Assembly: GCA_963666735.1 (NCBI GenBank) | Contig: OY762926.1 | Coordinates: forward strand, 2,656,001 to 2,720,000 | Reading direction: 5' to 3' | DNA length: 64,000 bases | Source of the DNA: Gemmatimonadota bacterium | GTDB lineage: Bacteria; Gemmatimonadota; Gemmatimonadetes; Palauibacterales; Palauibacteraceae | Shown here: positions 45,921 to 56,023 of the stretch, piece by piece | How the letters are laid out: each line of letters opens with the position of its first letter | Numbering within the stretch: the first letter of the stretch is position 1 | Position numbers and translations under genes: made by a program | Notes under the pieces: generated by a model | Seen by the model: the letters and a program-made list of their open reading frames with translations, nothing else | The model's database searches: none | Told to the model about the DNA's origin: nothing

Positions 45921-46694
45921 TTGGGTCGGGTGATCGCGATTGCAAATCAGAAGGGTGGGGTCGGCAAGACCACCACGGCGATCAACCTCGGCGCCTCGCT
46001 GGCGATCGCGGAGCGCAGCACGCTCGTCATCGATTGCGATCCGCAGGGGAACGCGACGTCCGGGTTCGGACTGCGCAAGGATGGGGATGTCCCCAGCGTG
46101 TACGACTGCCTCGTAAACGGACAGCCGCTTCAGGCTGCGGTGCGGCCGGAAGTCCACTTCCCGTGCCTGTCCGTGGTGTCCGCGAGCCGGGACCTGACCG
46201 GTGCCGAAGTGGAGCTGATCGACCGGTCGGATCGCCAGCGAATCCTCGGCCGGAAGATCGAAGCGCTGCGGGATGACTTCGAATACATCCTGATCGACTC
46301 ACCGCCGTCCCTCGGACTCCTCACGCTGAACGCGCTGGCCGCCGCGGACGCCGTGCTCATCCCGATTCAGTGCGAGTTCTACGCGCTGGAAGGGCTCAGC
46401 CAGCTCCTGAACACCGTGCGGCTGGTGCAACGCAGCATCAACCCCGAACTCGAGATCGAAGGGGTGCTGCTGACGATGTACGATTCGCGCCTCAACCTCG
46501 CCAAACAGGTCGCCGCCGAGGCGCGCGAGTACTTCGGGGGCAAGGTCTTCGACACCATGATCCCGAGGAACATTCGGCTCGCCGAGGCCCCGAGTTTCGG
46601 AGAGCCGATCGCCCTGTACGACGTCCTGTCGAGTGGGGCCCGGGGATACCTGAGTCTGGCCCGGGAACTGATCGATCGGCACAGGAGTTCGTAG
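45921..46694 (+). CDS. parA: ParA/Soj ATPase
   Basis: NQKGGVGKTT, DPQGNA, QCEFYALEG, IPRNIRLAEAPSFG. Confidence 0.97.
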   Translation: MGRVIAIANQKGGVGKTTTAINLGASLAIAERSTLVIDCDPQGNATSGFGLRKDGDVPSVYDCLVNGQPLQAAVRPEVHFPCLSVVSASRDLTGAEVELIDRSDRQRILGRKIEALRDDFEYILIDSPPSLGLLTLNALAAADAVLIPIQCEFYALEGLSQLLNTVRLVQRSINPELEIEGVLLTMYDSRLNLAKQVAAEAREYFGGKVFDTMIPRNIRLAEAPSFGEPIALYDVLSSGARGYLSLARELIDRHRSS

Positions 46695-46695
46695 G

Positions 46696-47592
46696 TTGGC
46701 CAGGAACGAACGCCGGCTGGGCAAGGGCCTTGCGGCCCTGTTGAGCGAAAACCTCGGAGCGGAGCGCGTCGCGGGGGAAGCGGAAATTCCCGTGGAGGCC
46801 ATCCAGGCGAATCCGTTCCAGCCTCGCGGCGACTTCGATCCGGCCCGCCTCGCGGAACTCGCGGACTCCATCCGCGAAAACGGTCTGCTGCAGCCGGTCG
46901 TCGTCAGGCCCGTGGGGGAAGCGTTCGAGATCGTCGTGGGCGAGCGACGATTCCGGGCGGTTCAGAGTCTTGGATGGACCTCGATTCCGGCCCTGGTTCG
47001 GACGCTGGACGATGAGCAAATGCTTGTGGTCGCTCTCGTCGAAAACCTGCAACGTCATGACCTGTCAGCACTTGAAGAAGCTCATGGGTATCGTCGACTG
47101 ATGGAGGACTTCGGTCTGACGCAGGAGGAAGTGGGGCGGCACGTGGGGCGGGACAGGTCGACCGTGTCGAACGCTCTTCGACTGCTCGCCCTGCCGGAGG
47201 CGGTGCTGGGTTTGCTCGCGAATGGGCAACTCTCCGCGGGTCACGGCCGCGCCCTCCTGACGTTGTCCACACCGGAAGAGCAAGCCCGGGTCGCGCTGGC
47301 AGCGGTGGAGCAGGGGTGGTCGGTACGGGAGACGGAACGTCGTGTGCGCCAGGGCCGCCCGGCGCGACGGGGGCGGAGGAAGATCGGGAAGAAAGGGCCG
47401 GCGGGGTCGGGCGATCCCTTTGTGAGACGGGCCGAACTGGGGCTGGAGCGGGGCTTCGGAACCCAGGTGCGGATCCGGACGCGACCGGATGGGGCCGGCG
47501 AAGTTGTCGTGCGTTTCCACGATACGGATGATTTTCTGCGGCTCGTCGCCTTGATGGGCGGGGACGAACTCGCGGCGGAGCTTCGTGAATGA
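46696..47592 (+). CDS. parB: ParB/Spo0J
   Basis: LGKGLAALL, NPFQPR, GERRFRA, ENLQR, RSTVSNALRLL. Confidence 0.97.
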   Translation: MARNERRLGKGLAALLSENLGAERVAGEAEIPVEAIQANPFQPRGDFDPARLAELADSIRENGLLQPVVVRPVGEAFEIVVGERRFRAVQSLGWTSIPALVRTLDDEQMLVVALVENLQRHDLSALEEAHGYRRLMEDFGLTQEEVGRHVGRDRSTVSNALRLLALPEAVLGLLANGQLSAGHGRALLTLSTPEEQARVALAAVEQGWSVRETERRVRQGRPARRGRRKIGKKGPAGSGDPFVRRAELGLERGFGTQVRIRTRPDGAGEVVVRFHDTDDFLRLVALMGGDELAAELRE

Positions 47593-48401
47593 CCGTTTTC
47601 CGGCGATGGACGCTGCAGTTGGTCCGGCGGGATGGCCGGCGGGTGCGGTCTCTGTCGCTCGGCCGCGCGCGGCTGCTTCTCTCGGTGGCGGGCACGATCA
47701 TCGGCCTGGCAGGCCTGGGGTTTCTGGGAGGTTTCCTGACGGCTTCGCGGGCCGAGTCCAGGCGGGTCCTCGAACTGGAGGCGGAAGTCGCGACGCTCGA
47801 GAGCGAGCGCGAACGGACGAACCGGTTGGCGGTCCGTTTGAACGAACTCGAGGAAGAGTTCGGTCTCCTGCAGGATGCGGTAACCGCGGGACGCCCCGCC
47901 GAATCCCCTGCGGTGAACGTCGTCCTCGGGAGAGGTATCGAAGTGAGGTCGCGGACCTCGGCCGAGGCGGCGACCCCCGCCTGGCCCCTCACGCAGCGCG
48001 GCTTCATCACCCGGCATTTCGGCTCACGGCCTGCCGATTCACGCGAAGGCCACACGGGGTTGGACATTGCGGTATCGACGGGCTCGTACGTGCGGGCGAT
48101 TCAGGCGGGACGGGTCGAGGAGGCGGGCGAAGACCCGATCTACGGAAAATTCCTGCGGATTGCGCACGCCGACGGGCTAACGTCATTGTATGGCCACAAC
48201 GCTTGGCTGTTCGCCGCGGCCGGGGACGCAGTGGAGCGGCTCGAGGTTATCGCCCTCACGGGGAACACGGGAAGATCCTCGGCCCCTCATCTGCACTTGG
48301 AACTGGCCCGGAACGGCGTACTATTGGACCCGCTCTCGCTGGTGGCGGACCACAGCGGTCGCGACAACACCGGGGCCCCGGCGGTGAGGCAACCGGAATA
48401 A
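47589..48401 (+). CDS. M23 peptidase with TM and coiled coil
   Basis: HTGLDIA, YGH, GNTGRSSAPHLHLE. Confidence 0.92.
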   Translation: MTVFRRWTLQLVRRDGRRVRSLSLGRARLLLSVAGTIIGLAGLGFLGGFLTASRAESRRVLELEAEVATLESERERTNRLAVRLNELEEEFGLLQDAVTAGRPAESPAVNVVLGRGIEVRSRTSAEAATPAWPLTQRGFITRHFGSRPADSREGHTGLDIAVSTGSYVRAIQAGRVEEAGEDPIYGKFLRIAHADGLTSLYGHNAWLFAAAGDAVERLEVIALTGNTGRSSAPHLHLELARNGVLLDPLSLVADHSGRDNTGAPAVRQPE

Positions 48402-48413
48402 GGATTGGAGCAA

Positions 48414-48848
48414 ATGGCTAGAGATTCTCGACATGGCGGGCACACCCGTGAGCTGAGCGACGTCGTTTCGGTCATCGCGCCCGGAATGACGATCCTCGGG
48501 GACGTAAAGTGCGATGGTACGGTCCGGGTCGAAGGCAAGATCGAAGGGTCGATCAAGGCAACGAAGTCCGTTGTCGTCGGCAAGGGCGGACGTATTACCG
48601 GGGATATCGAGACGCAGGACGTCGTGGTCGCCGGCACCGTGGTGGGCACCGTGGTGGGAGCCAGCCGCGTGGAATTACAGGAAACCTGCAAGATCGAGGG
48701 TGACATCCGGAGCCGCCGGGTGAAGCTCGAGGAGGGTGGCCAGATCGAGGGTCGTCTCCAGATGACGGTCAAGGCAGCTGACAAGAAGCCGACTGCCGCT
48801 CCATCGATCCAGCCGAAGAAGCCTCAACACTCGGCCGGGCGCAGCTGA
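48414..48848 (+). CDS. Bactofilin (polymer-forming cytoskeletal protein)
   Basis: VIAPGMTILGDV..DGTVRVEGKIEG..IEGDI beta-helix repeats. Confidence 0.92.
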   Translation: MARDSRHGGHTRELSDVVSVIAPGMTILGDVKCDGTVRVEGKIEGSIKATKSVVVGKGGRITGDIETQDVVVAGTVVGTVVGASRVELQETCKIEGDIRSRRVKLEEGGQIEGRLQMTVKAADKKPTAAPSIQPKKPQHSAGRS

Positions 48849-48934
48849 AGCGAGGCTTCCACCCGGCCTCCCGACCGCCGGGGTCGCGCCGAACCGGGGC
48901 GGGCGATCCGGTTGACGGAATTCCGTAATCGCGG

Positions 48935-49930
48935 ATGAGGGACACCCTCCTCTTCGCCTTCGCGCTCCTGCCCCTCACACTCGGCGCGGACTGGCTCGTC
49001 CGCGGCGCCTCCGGCCTGGCGCAGAGATTCGGCGTCAGCCCGCTCGTCGTGGGCCTTACCGTGGTCGCTTTCGGCACCTCGGCCCCGGAGTTGGTCGTCA
49101 GCGCAATTGCATCGCTGGAGGGTCAACCGGACGTAGCCGTCGGCAACATAATGGGCTCCACGGCGGCGAACGTAGGCTTGATCGTGGGGGTCGGCGCCCT
49201 GATTCGGCCGATCGAGGTCCACCGTCGCGTCATCGTGCGCGAGACGCCGCTCGTCATCATCGTACTCTCTCTCGTGATGGTGCTGTCCCTAAACGATGCC
49301 GTCGGGCGCCTGGACGGATTCGTGCTCGTATCCGGATGGGCGCTCTACCTGTTCTTCCTCCTGAGGTGGGAACGAGTAGGCCTGTTCGGGAAGGCAGGTC
49401 GCGCGCAGGATTCGGGCGATCCGGACCCGTCTCCGCCGGGTGGCGGCGCCGACCCCGAAGCGGCCGCCGCGGCGGCGCCGGGAGTCTGGTGGTTGCTCGT
49501 ACGGATCGGCCTCGGCCTGACCTGCCTCACCTACGGCGCGACCTGGCTGCTGGAGGGCGCGGAGGGAATCGCCAGGTCGCTGGCCGTCCCGGAGGCGGTG
49601 ATCGCCGCCACCATGATCGCGGTCGGCACTTCTCTTCCGGAATTGGCTTCCACGCTGGTCGCCGCCTTCCGGCGAATGGAAGACATTGCGATCGGAAACG
49701 TGATTGGCTCGAACGTGTTCAATCTCGGCCTCGTGCTCGGGACCGCCGCGCTCGTCCGCCCGCTCGTACTCCATCCAAGCATTGTGGTCGGCTACGTGCT
49801 TCCGGCCCTCGCCTTCTCCGTTATCCTCATCCCCCTCGCGCTGCACCGGGGAACGGTGCAGAGGTGGGAGGGCGGACTGCTCCTGCTCCTGTACCTCGCC
49901 TACATCGTGCTCGTCTGGTTGTTCAACTGA
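48935..49930 (+). CDS. Calcium/sodium antiporter (YrbG-like)
   Basis: GTSAPE/GTSLPE and GNIMGS/GNVIGSN alpha repeats. Confidence 0.94.
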   Translation: MRDTLLFAFALLPLTLGADWLVRGASGLAQRFGVSPLVVGLTVVAFGTSAPELVVSAIASLEGQPDVAVGNIMGSTAANVGLIVGVGALIRPIEVHRRVIVRETPLVIIVLSLVMVLSLNDAVGRLDGFVLVSGWALYLFFLLRWERVGLFGKAGRAQDSGDPDPSPPGGGADPEAAAAAAPGVWWLLVRIGLGLTCLTYGATWLLEGAEGIARSLAVPEAVIAATMIAVGTSLPELASTLVAAFRRMEDIAIGNVIGSNVFNLGLVLGTAALVRPLVLHPSIVVGYVLPALAFSVILIPLALHRGTVQRWEGGLLLLLYLAYIVLVWLFN

Positions 49931-50003
49931 CCTGAAACGTCCCCCCAGGTCCGCTTTGGGCATCCGGTTGCCAAGCGACACCGTAAAGGGCTAGCGTTGC
50001 CGC

Positions 50004-50228
50004 ATGGTCGTCTCGGTAAAGATGAGCAGCAAGAACCAGATCGTGGTTCCGAAAGCCGCCAGAGAAGCGCTGGACCTGGCGCCCGGCGACCGGCTCGCGG
50101 TGTCCGTGGACGGGGACACCGTAAGGATGGAAAAGCTGCCGCCGGACCGGGAGGATCGCCTGCGGGGCATGCTTCGGGATGTGGTGGTGGACGCCGGAGA
50201 CCTCTGGCCCGAACTCGAGGAGGCCTGA
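50004..50228 (+). CDS. AbrB/MazE-type antitoxin
   Basis: VKMSSKNQIVVPKAAREALDLAPGD; possible leaderless promoter TTGCCA-N18-TAGCGT at 49968-49997. Confidence 0.9.
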   Translation: MVVSVKMSSKNQIVVPKAAREALDLAPGDRLAVSVDGDTVRMEKLPPDREDRLRGMLRDVVVDAGDLWPELEEA

Positions 50229-50699
50229 ATGGCGGACGCCCCGAACCACGCCGGCCTCGAGGAACGCCTGACCCGGGCCGCGCTGGTTCACGTCGACGCT
50301 CGCGTGTTCGCACTTCACCTGATCGGCCGAGGTCCGACGAGACAGACGAGACAAACGGATCTCGCCTTCTCGGGCATTGCGAGCGGCAGCATCAGGGCCC
50401 AGACGTCGAGCCTGACGCTGTACCAGATCCTCGTGGAAGTGTATCGGCAGGGAAGACCGGCATCGGCTCGCGATGTGGCGCGGAACGTGCGGCTCTACCC
50501 TCGGTTGGACATCGTCGAGGCCAGCGCCGAGATCGCCGTTCAGGCCGCCGAAGTGCGCGCGCGGCTTGGCGGTCGGCCGGAACGAGCCCTGCAGATTGCA
50601 ACGGCGCTCGTTGCGGGCGCCGAGGTGTACCTCACATCAGGTTCGGGACTCCGCCGGATTGCCGGAATGCACGTATTGAACGTCGAAGATTTCGGCTAG
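50229..50699 (+). CDS. PIN-domain (VapC-like) protein with degenerate active site
   Basis: VHVDARVF..SSLTLYQIL..AAEVRAR..ERALQIATA..YLTSG; directly after AbrB gene. Confidence 0.8.
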   Translation: MADAPNHAGLEERLTRAALVHVDARVFALHLIGRGPTRQTRQTDLAFSGIASGSIRAQTSSLTLYQILVEVYRQGRPASARDVARNVRLYPRLDIVEASAEIAVQAAEVRARLGGRPERALQIATALVAGAEVYLTSGSGLRRIAGMHVLNVEDFG

Positions 50700-50710
50700 C
50701 ACGACACTAG

Positions 50711-52584
50711 CCCTAAAACAAGCGAGTAGGGCTGGCGAGGCGTCACTTGGATTTCGGGCGGCGGATTATGGGCGGAGGAGGCCGCCGGGAAGCCGTGTTT
50801 CCGTGGTTCCGAGGCGGGGATTCGGGGTTTGTCGCTCGGCGGAAGGAGGGTGCGGGGCCGGCGTTTTGCGCGGGGAGACACCGGTCCCCGGGGAGGCGGT
50901 TGACGCCTTCGGGCGAGCCGGGCCCGGCGGCGGGTGCTACGTGAAGCCGGTCCGCTCGATGGTGTTCCAGGTGCTGAACAGGCGGGTCCACCGAGGGCCG
51001 CCAGCCGATGATGCGCAGGGTCGTGCGGCGGGCGCGGCGGATGACTTGGCAGGGCACGAGGATCATCTCGCGGACGAAGCGCCTGAACTCCATGGCGGTG
51101 TATTTCCGGCGGTCGGCCTTCAGGTGCATCATCATCGCCAGGAAGCTCTTGAGGTTCCACGCCAAGGCCGCCATCACCATGTAGGCCCAGTTGCTCACCA
51201 GGTCGTAGACGGGCACGCGCAGCGCGTTCACCCCGTTCTTGAGCTGCGCGATCACGTTCTCCTGGCCGCACCGGGCGTTGGCCAGCCGGACGACCTCGGC
51301 CGCGCTCACGTCCCTCCGGGTGGTGATGTGGAAGAAGTGGCGGATCTCCTCGATGAGGGCGAGTTCGCCCCTCATCTCGCTGATGTTCTTGCGCACCACC
51401 ACCATCCGGTACGTCTTGCGGCACTTGACGGGCCGGTGGTCGAACTCGGCCACCTCCTCGAAGTTGAGCCGCTTGTTCACGTAACCGCGCTCGCGCACGA
51501 TCCGCCCCTTCACGTCCTCCCGCCCACTCCGCGTCTTCCCCGTCCGGGACACGTGGCGGGGCTTGCGCTCCAGAGGCTTCCAGTCGTCCTCCTCCAGCGC
51601 CTCGGCCCGCCGCACCAGCGCCGAATGGGCGTCGTAGCCGAAGATGAAGTCCGCCCGCTCGCTCCAGCGGTCGAAGTTGACGGTCAGCGAGAAGTCCGTG
51701 TCCCCGCGCACGCACACCCGCTCCGCGTACGGCGCCACCAGGTCGATGGCCCGGTCGATCCACTCCGCCGCGCCGGCGTGGCTCACCGCGTTGCCCGGCC
51801 GGTTCACCACGTAGAGCACCTCGGCCGTGTTGGCCAGCGACACGACCAGCGGGTGGTAGCCCCACACCTTCTTGTAGGACATGTCCATGCCCGCCTTCTT
51901 GCGGCCCAGCGTGGGCGCCAGCGTCCCGTCCACGTCGATATGGGCCACCGGCTCCAGCAGATCCCGGCCCCGGCCCCGCCACAGCTTGGGCCTGACCGCG
52001 TTGACGCACTCCATGAGCTCGACCACGTCCGACTCGGAGAAGCGCCGCGTGAAGTCGCCCGCCGCCGTCGGACTGGGGATCACGTCCGCGCCCAGGGCGT
52101 CCATGTACGCCGCGTCGTGGCGCAGGCCGTTCAGATCCTCCAGCCGCGCGCCCCCGCACAGCAGGTTGTAGGCGATGTTCAGCACGTGGTCCGACTCGTG
52201 GTACGGCAGGTGCCGCTTCAGAAGATCCAGTCGCCGGTCGATCTCCCGCGCCAGCGAAAGCTTCGACACCAGGCGCCGCACGGCGCCGATGCCCCCGAAG
52301 CTCATCGCGCTCGTCCGCGCCCCGATCTCGTAGCGGAGCCCGCCCGCCGAAAACACGGGCTTCGGCCGGGAGCCCCGCCGCCTCGCCCCCGCCCGCCGCG
52401 ACTCCACTCTCCGCTTCCGCCGGGCACTGTTCCTTCGGCTCTGCCTGTGCGATATTCCGTTCACCGGAAAGGCCTCCTGGTTGGGATCGGGCGTCCATCG
52501 TTCGAATCCGCTATCGACAATCAGGATAAGCCTTTCCGGTACCTTTTAACAAGGGTTCGCGCGTGGATCGCGCCTGTTTTAGGA
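50711..52584 (-). mobile_element. IS1380-family insertion sequence (about 1.87 kb)
   Basis: Terminal IRs CCTAAAACAAGCG / CCTAAAACAGGCG; CTAG on both flanks (50707-10, 52585-88). Confidence 0.9.
50937..52464 (-). CDS. IS1380-family DDE transposase (+1 frameshift near 50985)
   Basis: IDVDGT, GYHPL, RPGN, VRGDTDF, QENVIAQLK. Removing one C gives DRLFSTWNTIERTGFT-TAG. Confidence 0.88.
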
Positions 52585-53325
52585 CTAGCGTCTCCGCACG
52601 AGTCTCACGAGCGCCTTCACCGGGTCGTAGAAGCGGTCGACCACGCGCTCCTTGAGGGGGATGATCGCGTTGTCCGTGATCGTGATGTGCTCGGGGCACA
52701 CTTCCGTGCAGCACTTCGTGATGTTGCAGTAGCCGATTCCCGCCGCGTCCCGGAGGAACTCGCTGCGGTCCTCCACGTCGATCGGATTGAGGCTGTATCC
52801 GGCCGTCCTCACAAGGTAGGTGGGGCCGATGAACTCCTCGTGCTTGCTGTGCGACCGGAGGACGTGGCAGACGTCCTGGCAGAGGAAACACTCGATGCAC
52901 TTCCGCATCTCCTGCGCCCGGTCGACCTCGAACTGCTGCATGCGCCAGCCGTCGTCCGCATCGCGCGGGCGCGGTTTGAAACGCGGGATGGAGGCGTTGT
53001 TTCGGTACGCCTGAGAGACGTCGGTGACGAGGTCCTTGATGACGGGAAAGGCCTTCATCGGCGTGACCGTGATCGGTTCTTCGTCCTCGTAGTCCGAGAG
53101 CCGCGTCATGCAGGTCAGGCGGGGCCGGCCGTTGACCTCGCAACTGCAGGATCCGCACTTGCCGGCCTTGCAGTTCCAGCGCACCGCGAGATCCGGCGCG
53201 TGCTCCGCCTGGATGCGGTGGATCGCGTCGAGCACAACCATGCCCTGATCGATCTCGACCGTATAGGATTCGAGCTGACCGTCGTCGTCGGACCCGCGGT
53301 AAACCTGGAAAGTTCGTTCCGCCAC
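52585..53325 (-). CDS. sdhB: Succinate dehydrogenase/fumarate reductase Fe-S subunit
   Basis: WNCKAGKCGSC, CIECFLCQDVC, CNITKCCTEVCP. Confidence 0.95.
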   Translation of the reverse strand: MAERTFQVYRGSDDDGQLESYTVEIDQGMVVLDAIHRIQAEHAPDLAVRWNCKAGKCGSCSCEVNGRPRLTCMTRLSDYEDEEPITVTPMKAFPVIKDLVTDVSQAYRNNASIPRFKPRPRDADDGWRMQQFEVDRAQEMRKCIECFLCQDVCHVLRSHSKHEEFIGPTYLVRTAGYSLNPIDVEDRSEFLRDAAGIGYCNITKCCTEVCPEHITITDNAIIPLKERVVDRFYDPVKALVRLVRRR

Positions 53326-53329
53326 CTCG

Positions 53330-55126
53330 CTACACCCCTTCCTCGATGAGCTGCGTCAGATCGGCCGGCGGTTCCGATACCGGTTCCGGTTCCGTCACCA
53401 TACGACCGTCTGACGCCTTGATGACGAGATTGACCCGCCCGAGCGAGGCGTCCGAGTCCGGATAATCGATCCGTGTGTGCGCGCCGCGGCTCTCCCGGCG
53501 TTCGAGCGCGGAAAGGACGACCGCCTCGGCCACGGTGAGCATGGCGTGGAGATCGACCCAGGTGTGCCAACCGGGGTTGAAGGCTCGTCCGCCGTGGAGC
53601 GAGCAAATGTCGAGCGCCCCGCGCAGTCGGCGTACATCCTCGAGGGCTTCGCGGAGTGCGCCCTCCGTGCGGGCGATTCCGACCTTGTCCTGCATGATCT
53701 GCTGCAGCTCCTCCTGCACGCCGAACGGATTGCGGCCGTCCTCGCGCGCGAACGGCGCCGTGGCGGCGTCGGCGGCGTCGGACAACTCCGAGGCCGGAAT
53801 GTCGGCAAGTTCCACTCCCTTCGCCTCTTCCGCCGCCGCCGCGCCCGCCCGCTGCCCGAACACGATGAGATCCGAGAGCGAATTCCCGCCCAGCCGGTTT
53901 CCGCCGTGCAGGCCCGCGGCGACTTCGCCCGCGGCGTACAGGCCGGGAACGCGTGTCGCGGCGGTCTCCGGGTGGACCTTCACGCCGCCCATCGCGTAGT
54001 GGGTCGTCGGCCCCACCTCCATGGCGTCGGTCGTGATGTCGACGCCCGCGAGTTCCCTGAACTGGTGATACATGCTCGGGAGCTTGGCCTTGATGTATTC
54101 GGGGCTCCGCTTCTCCGAGATATTCAGGAAAACGCCGCCGTGCGGACTCCCGCGCCCGGCCTCGACCTCCGCGACGATCGCCTTTGCCACGACATCCCGC
54201 GTGAGCAGTTCGGGCGGGCGGCGGTTGGCCACGCGGTCGCCTTCCACCCACCGGTCGGCCTCTTCCTCGCTCTCCGCGTAGTCCCCTTCGAACATCTCCG
54301 GGACGTACCGGAACATGAAGCGGTCGCCGTCCCGGTTCGTGAGCACGCCGCCCTCGCCGCGGACCCCCTCGGTCACGAGAGTGCCGCGCACGCTGGGCGG
54401 CCACACCATGCCCGTGGGGTGAAACTGGACGAACTCCATCCCCATGAGGTCGGCCCCCGCGTCGTACGCGAGCGCCACCCCGTCGCCGGTGCACTCCCAG
54501 GAGTTGGAGGTCACCTTCCAGGCCTTCCCCAGTCCCCCGGTGGCGAGAATGACGGTCCGGGCCCGGAAGAGCACGAACTCCCCCGTTGCACGCCAGTACG
54601 CGAGCGCGCCCGCCACGCGGCCATCCACCACGATCAGCCGGAAGACCGTGCACTCCATGAAGACGTCGGCGCCTTCGTGCACGGCGTGGTCCTGGAGCGT
54701 CCGGATCATTTCCAACCCGGTCCGGTCGCCGACATGCGCCAGCCGTCCGTAGGTGTGGCCTCCGAACGGGCGCTGATTCATGCGTCCGTCTTCCGCCCGG
54801 TCGAAAAGAGCGCCCCAGGCCTCGAGCTCTCGCACGCGGTCCGGCGCCTCCCTGGCGTGGGCCCGGGCCATGCGCCAATCGCACAAGCCCTTTCCGCCCC
54901 GCATCGTATCGCGGAAGTGTACCTGCCAGTTGTCTTCCGGGCGGTTGTTGCCGAGCGCGGCGGCCATGCCGCCCTCGGCCATGACCGTGTGCGCCTTGCC
55001 GAGCAGCGACTTGCCGACGAGTCCCACCGATGCGCCGGCCTCGATGGCCGCGATCGCGGCGCGAAGCCCCGCCCCCCCGGCTCCGATCACGAGGACGTCA
55101 TGCTCGTGGCGTTCTGAAATCTCCAT
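53330..55126 (-). CDS. sdhA: Succinate dehydrogenase/fumarate reductase flavoprotein
   Basis: GAGGAG, AHTVMAEGG, QFHPT, HGGNRLGGNSL, ESRGAH. Confidence 0.96.
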   Translation of the reverse strand: MEISERHEHDVLVIGAGGAGLRAAIAAIEAGASVGLVGKSLLGKAHTVMAEGGMAAALGNNRPEDNWQVHFRDTMRGGKGLCDWRMARAHAREAPDRVRELEAWGALFDRAEDGRMNQRPFGGHTYGRLAHVGDRTGLEMIRTLQDHAVHEGADVFMECTVFRLIVVDGRVAGALAYWRATGEFVLFRARTVILATGGLGKAWKVTSNSWECTGDGVALAYDAGADLMGMEFVQFHPTGMVWPPSVRGTLVTEGVRGEGGVLTNRDGDRFMFRYVPEMFEGDYAESEEEADRWVEGDRVANRRPPELLTRDVVAKAIVAEVEAGRGSPHGGVFLNISEKRSPEYIKAKLPSMYHQFRELAGVDITTDAMEVGPTTHYAMGGVKVHPETAATRVPGLYAAGEVAAGLHGGNRLGGNSLSDLIVFGQRAGAAAAEEAKGVELADIPASELSDAADAATAPFAREDGRNPFGVQEELQQIMQDKVGIARTEGALREALEDVRRLRGALDICSLHGGRAFNPGWHTWVDLHAMLTVAEAVVLSALERRESRGAHTRIDYPDSDASLGRVNLVIKASDGRMVTEPEPVSEPPADLTQLIEEGV

Positions 55127-55162
55127 GCAGAGTCCGCTGTGCCTCAGTTGTGCCTCAGTTAG

Positions 55163-55945
55163 TCAGAAGAGCCGGGGGTCCTCGAACACGCCCATGGCGA
55201 CCAGCCGGATGTACAGATCCGTAACGCAGACGAAGACGAGGCTCAACCAGGCCCAACCCATGTGACGCCTGTTGAACCAGCTCACGCCCTTCCACGCCTT
55301 GTATCGAGCCTTGCCGCCGAGCGTGCACGAGTAGCAGTCGACGTTGCCGCCGATCAGATGACGGAGCGAATGGCAGCCGAACCAGTAACCCGACAGCAGG
55401 ACAAGGTTTATGAGCAGGACGACCGACCCGAGCCCGATGCCGAAGCCGTCCTCGAAGAAGAAGCCGTGCACCGTGTCGTACGTCAGGAAGAGCCAGATGA
55501 TGATCGAGGCGTACAGGAAGTACCGGTGCAGGTTCTGGAGAACCCACGGCAGCCGGTTCTCGCCCGCATACCTGTCGCCGCGGAACTCGCCCACGGCGCA
55601 GGCCGGCGGGTCGAGGAAGTAGGCGCGGTAGTACGCCTTCCGGTAGTAGTAGCAGGTCCCCCGGAACCCGAGGATCACGCCCATCATCAGTATGGCCGGA
55701 GAGAACGGCCACCACTCGATGCCCAGCAGGCGGATCTGCTCCGGACAGCTGGCGGCGATGCACGGCGAGTAGAGGGGGGACAGGTACGGGTCGGCGAAAT
55801 AGTTGCCGCCCTGCAGGACCGACCAGGTGGCATAGCCTCCGAAGAGGCCGAGCCCCAGCGCTACGCTCAGGGGCGGTACCCACCAGCGATCCCTGCGGAG
55901 GGTCTTGCCGAACCCGCGCTCTCGAACCGCGACCGAGCTTTCCAT
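55163..55945 (-). CDS. SDH membrane anchor, actinobacterial Sdh1 (Rv0249c-like) type
   Basis: YLSPLYSPC, FRGTCYYYRKAYYR, QNLHRYF, GCHSLRH. Confidence 0.88.
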   Translation of the reverse strand: MESSVAVRERGFGKTLRRDRWWVPPLSVALGLGLFGGYATWSVLQGGNYFADPYLSPLYSPCIAASCPEQIRLLGIEWWPFSPAILMMGVILGFRGTCYYYRKAYYRAYFLDPPACAVGEFRGDRYAGENRLPWVLQNLHRYFLYASIIIWLFLTYDTVHGFFFEDGFGIGLGSVVLLINLVLLSGYWFGCHSLRHLIGGNVDCYSCTLGGKARYKAWKGVSWFNRRHMGWAWLSLVFVCVTDLYIRLVAMGVFEDPRLF

Positions 55946-56023
55946 CGTCTATCGTCGACTCTTCGTGGGGTGGGGCGGGACCTTGGAGGACGCGGCCAGC
56001 CTACCGGGCCGTCAGGATGACTG

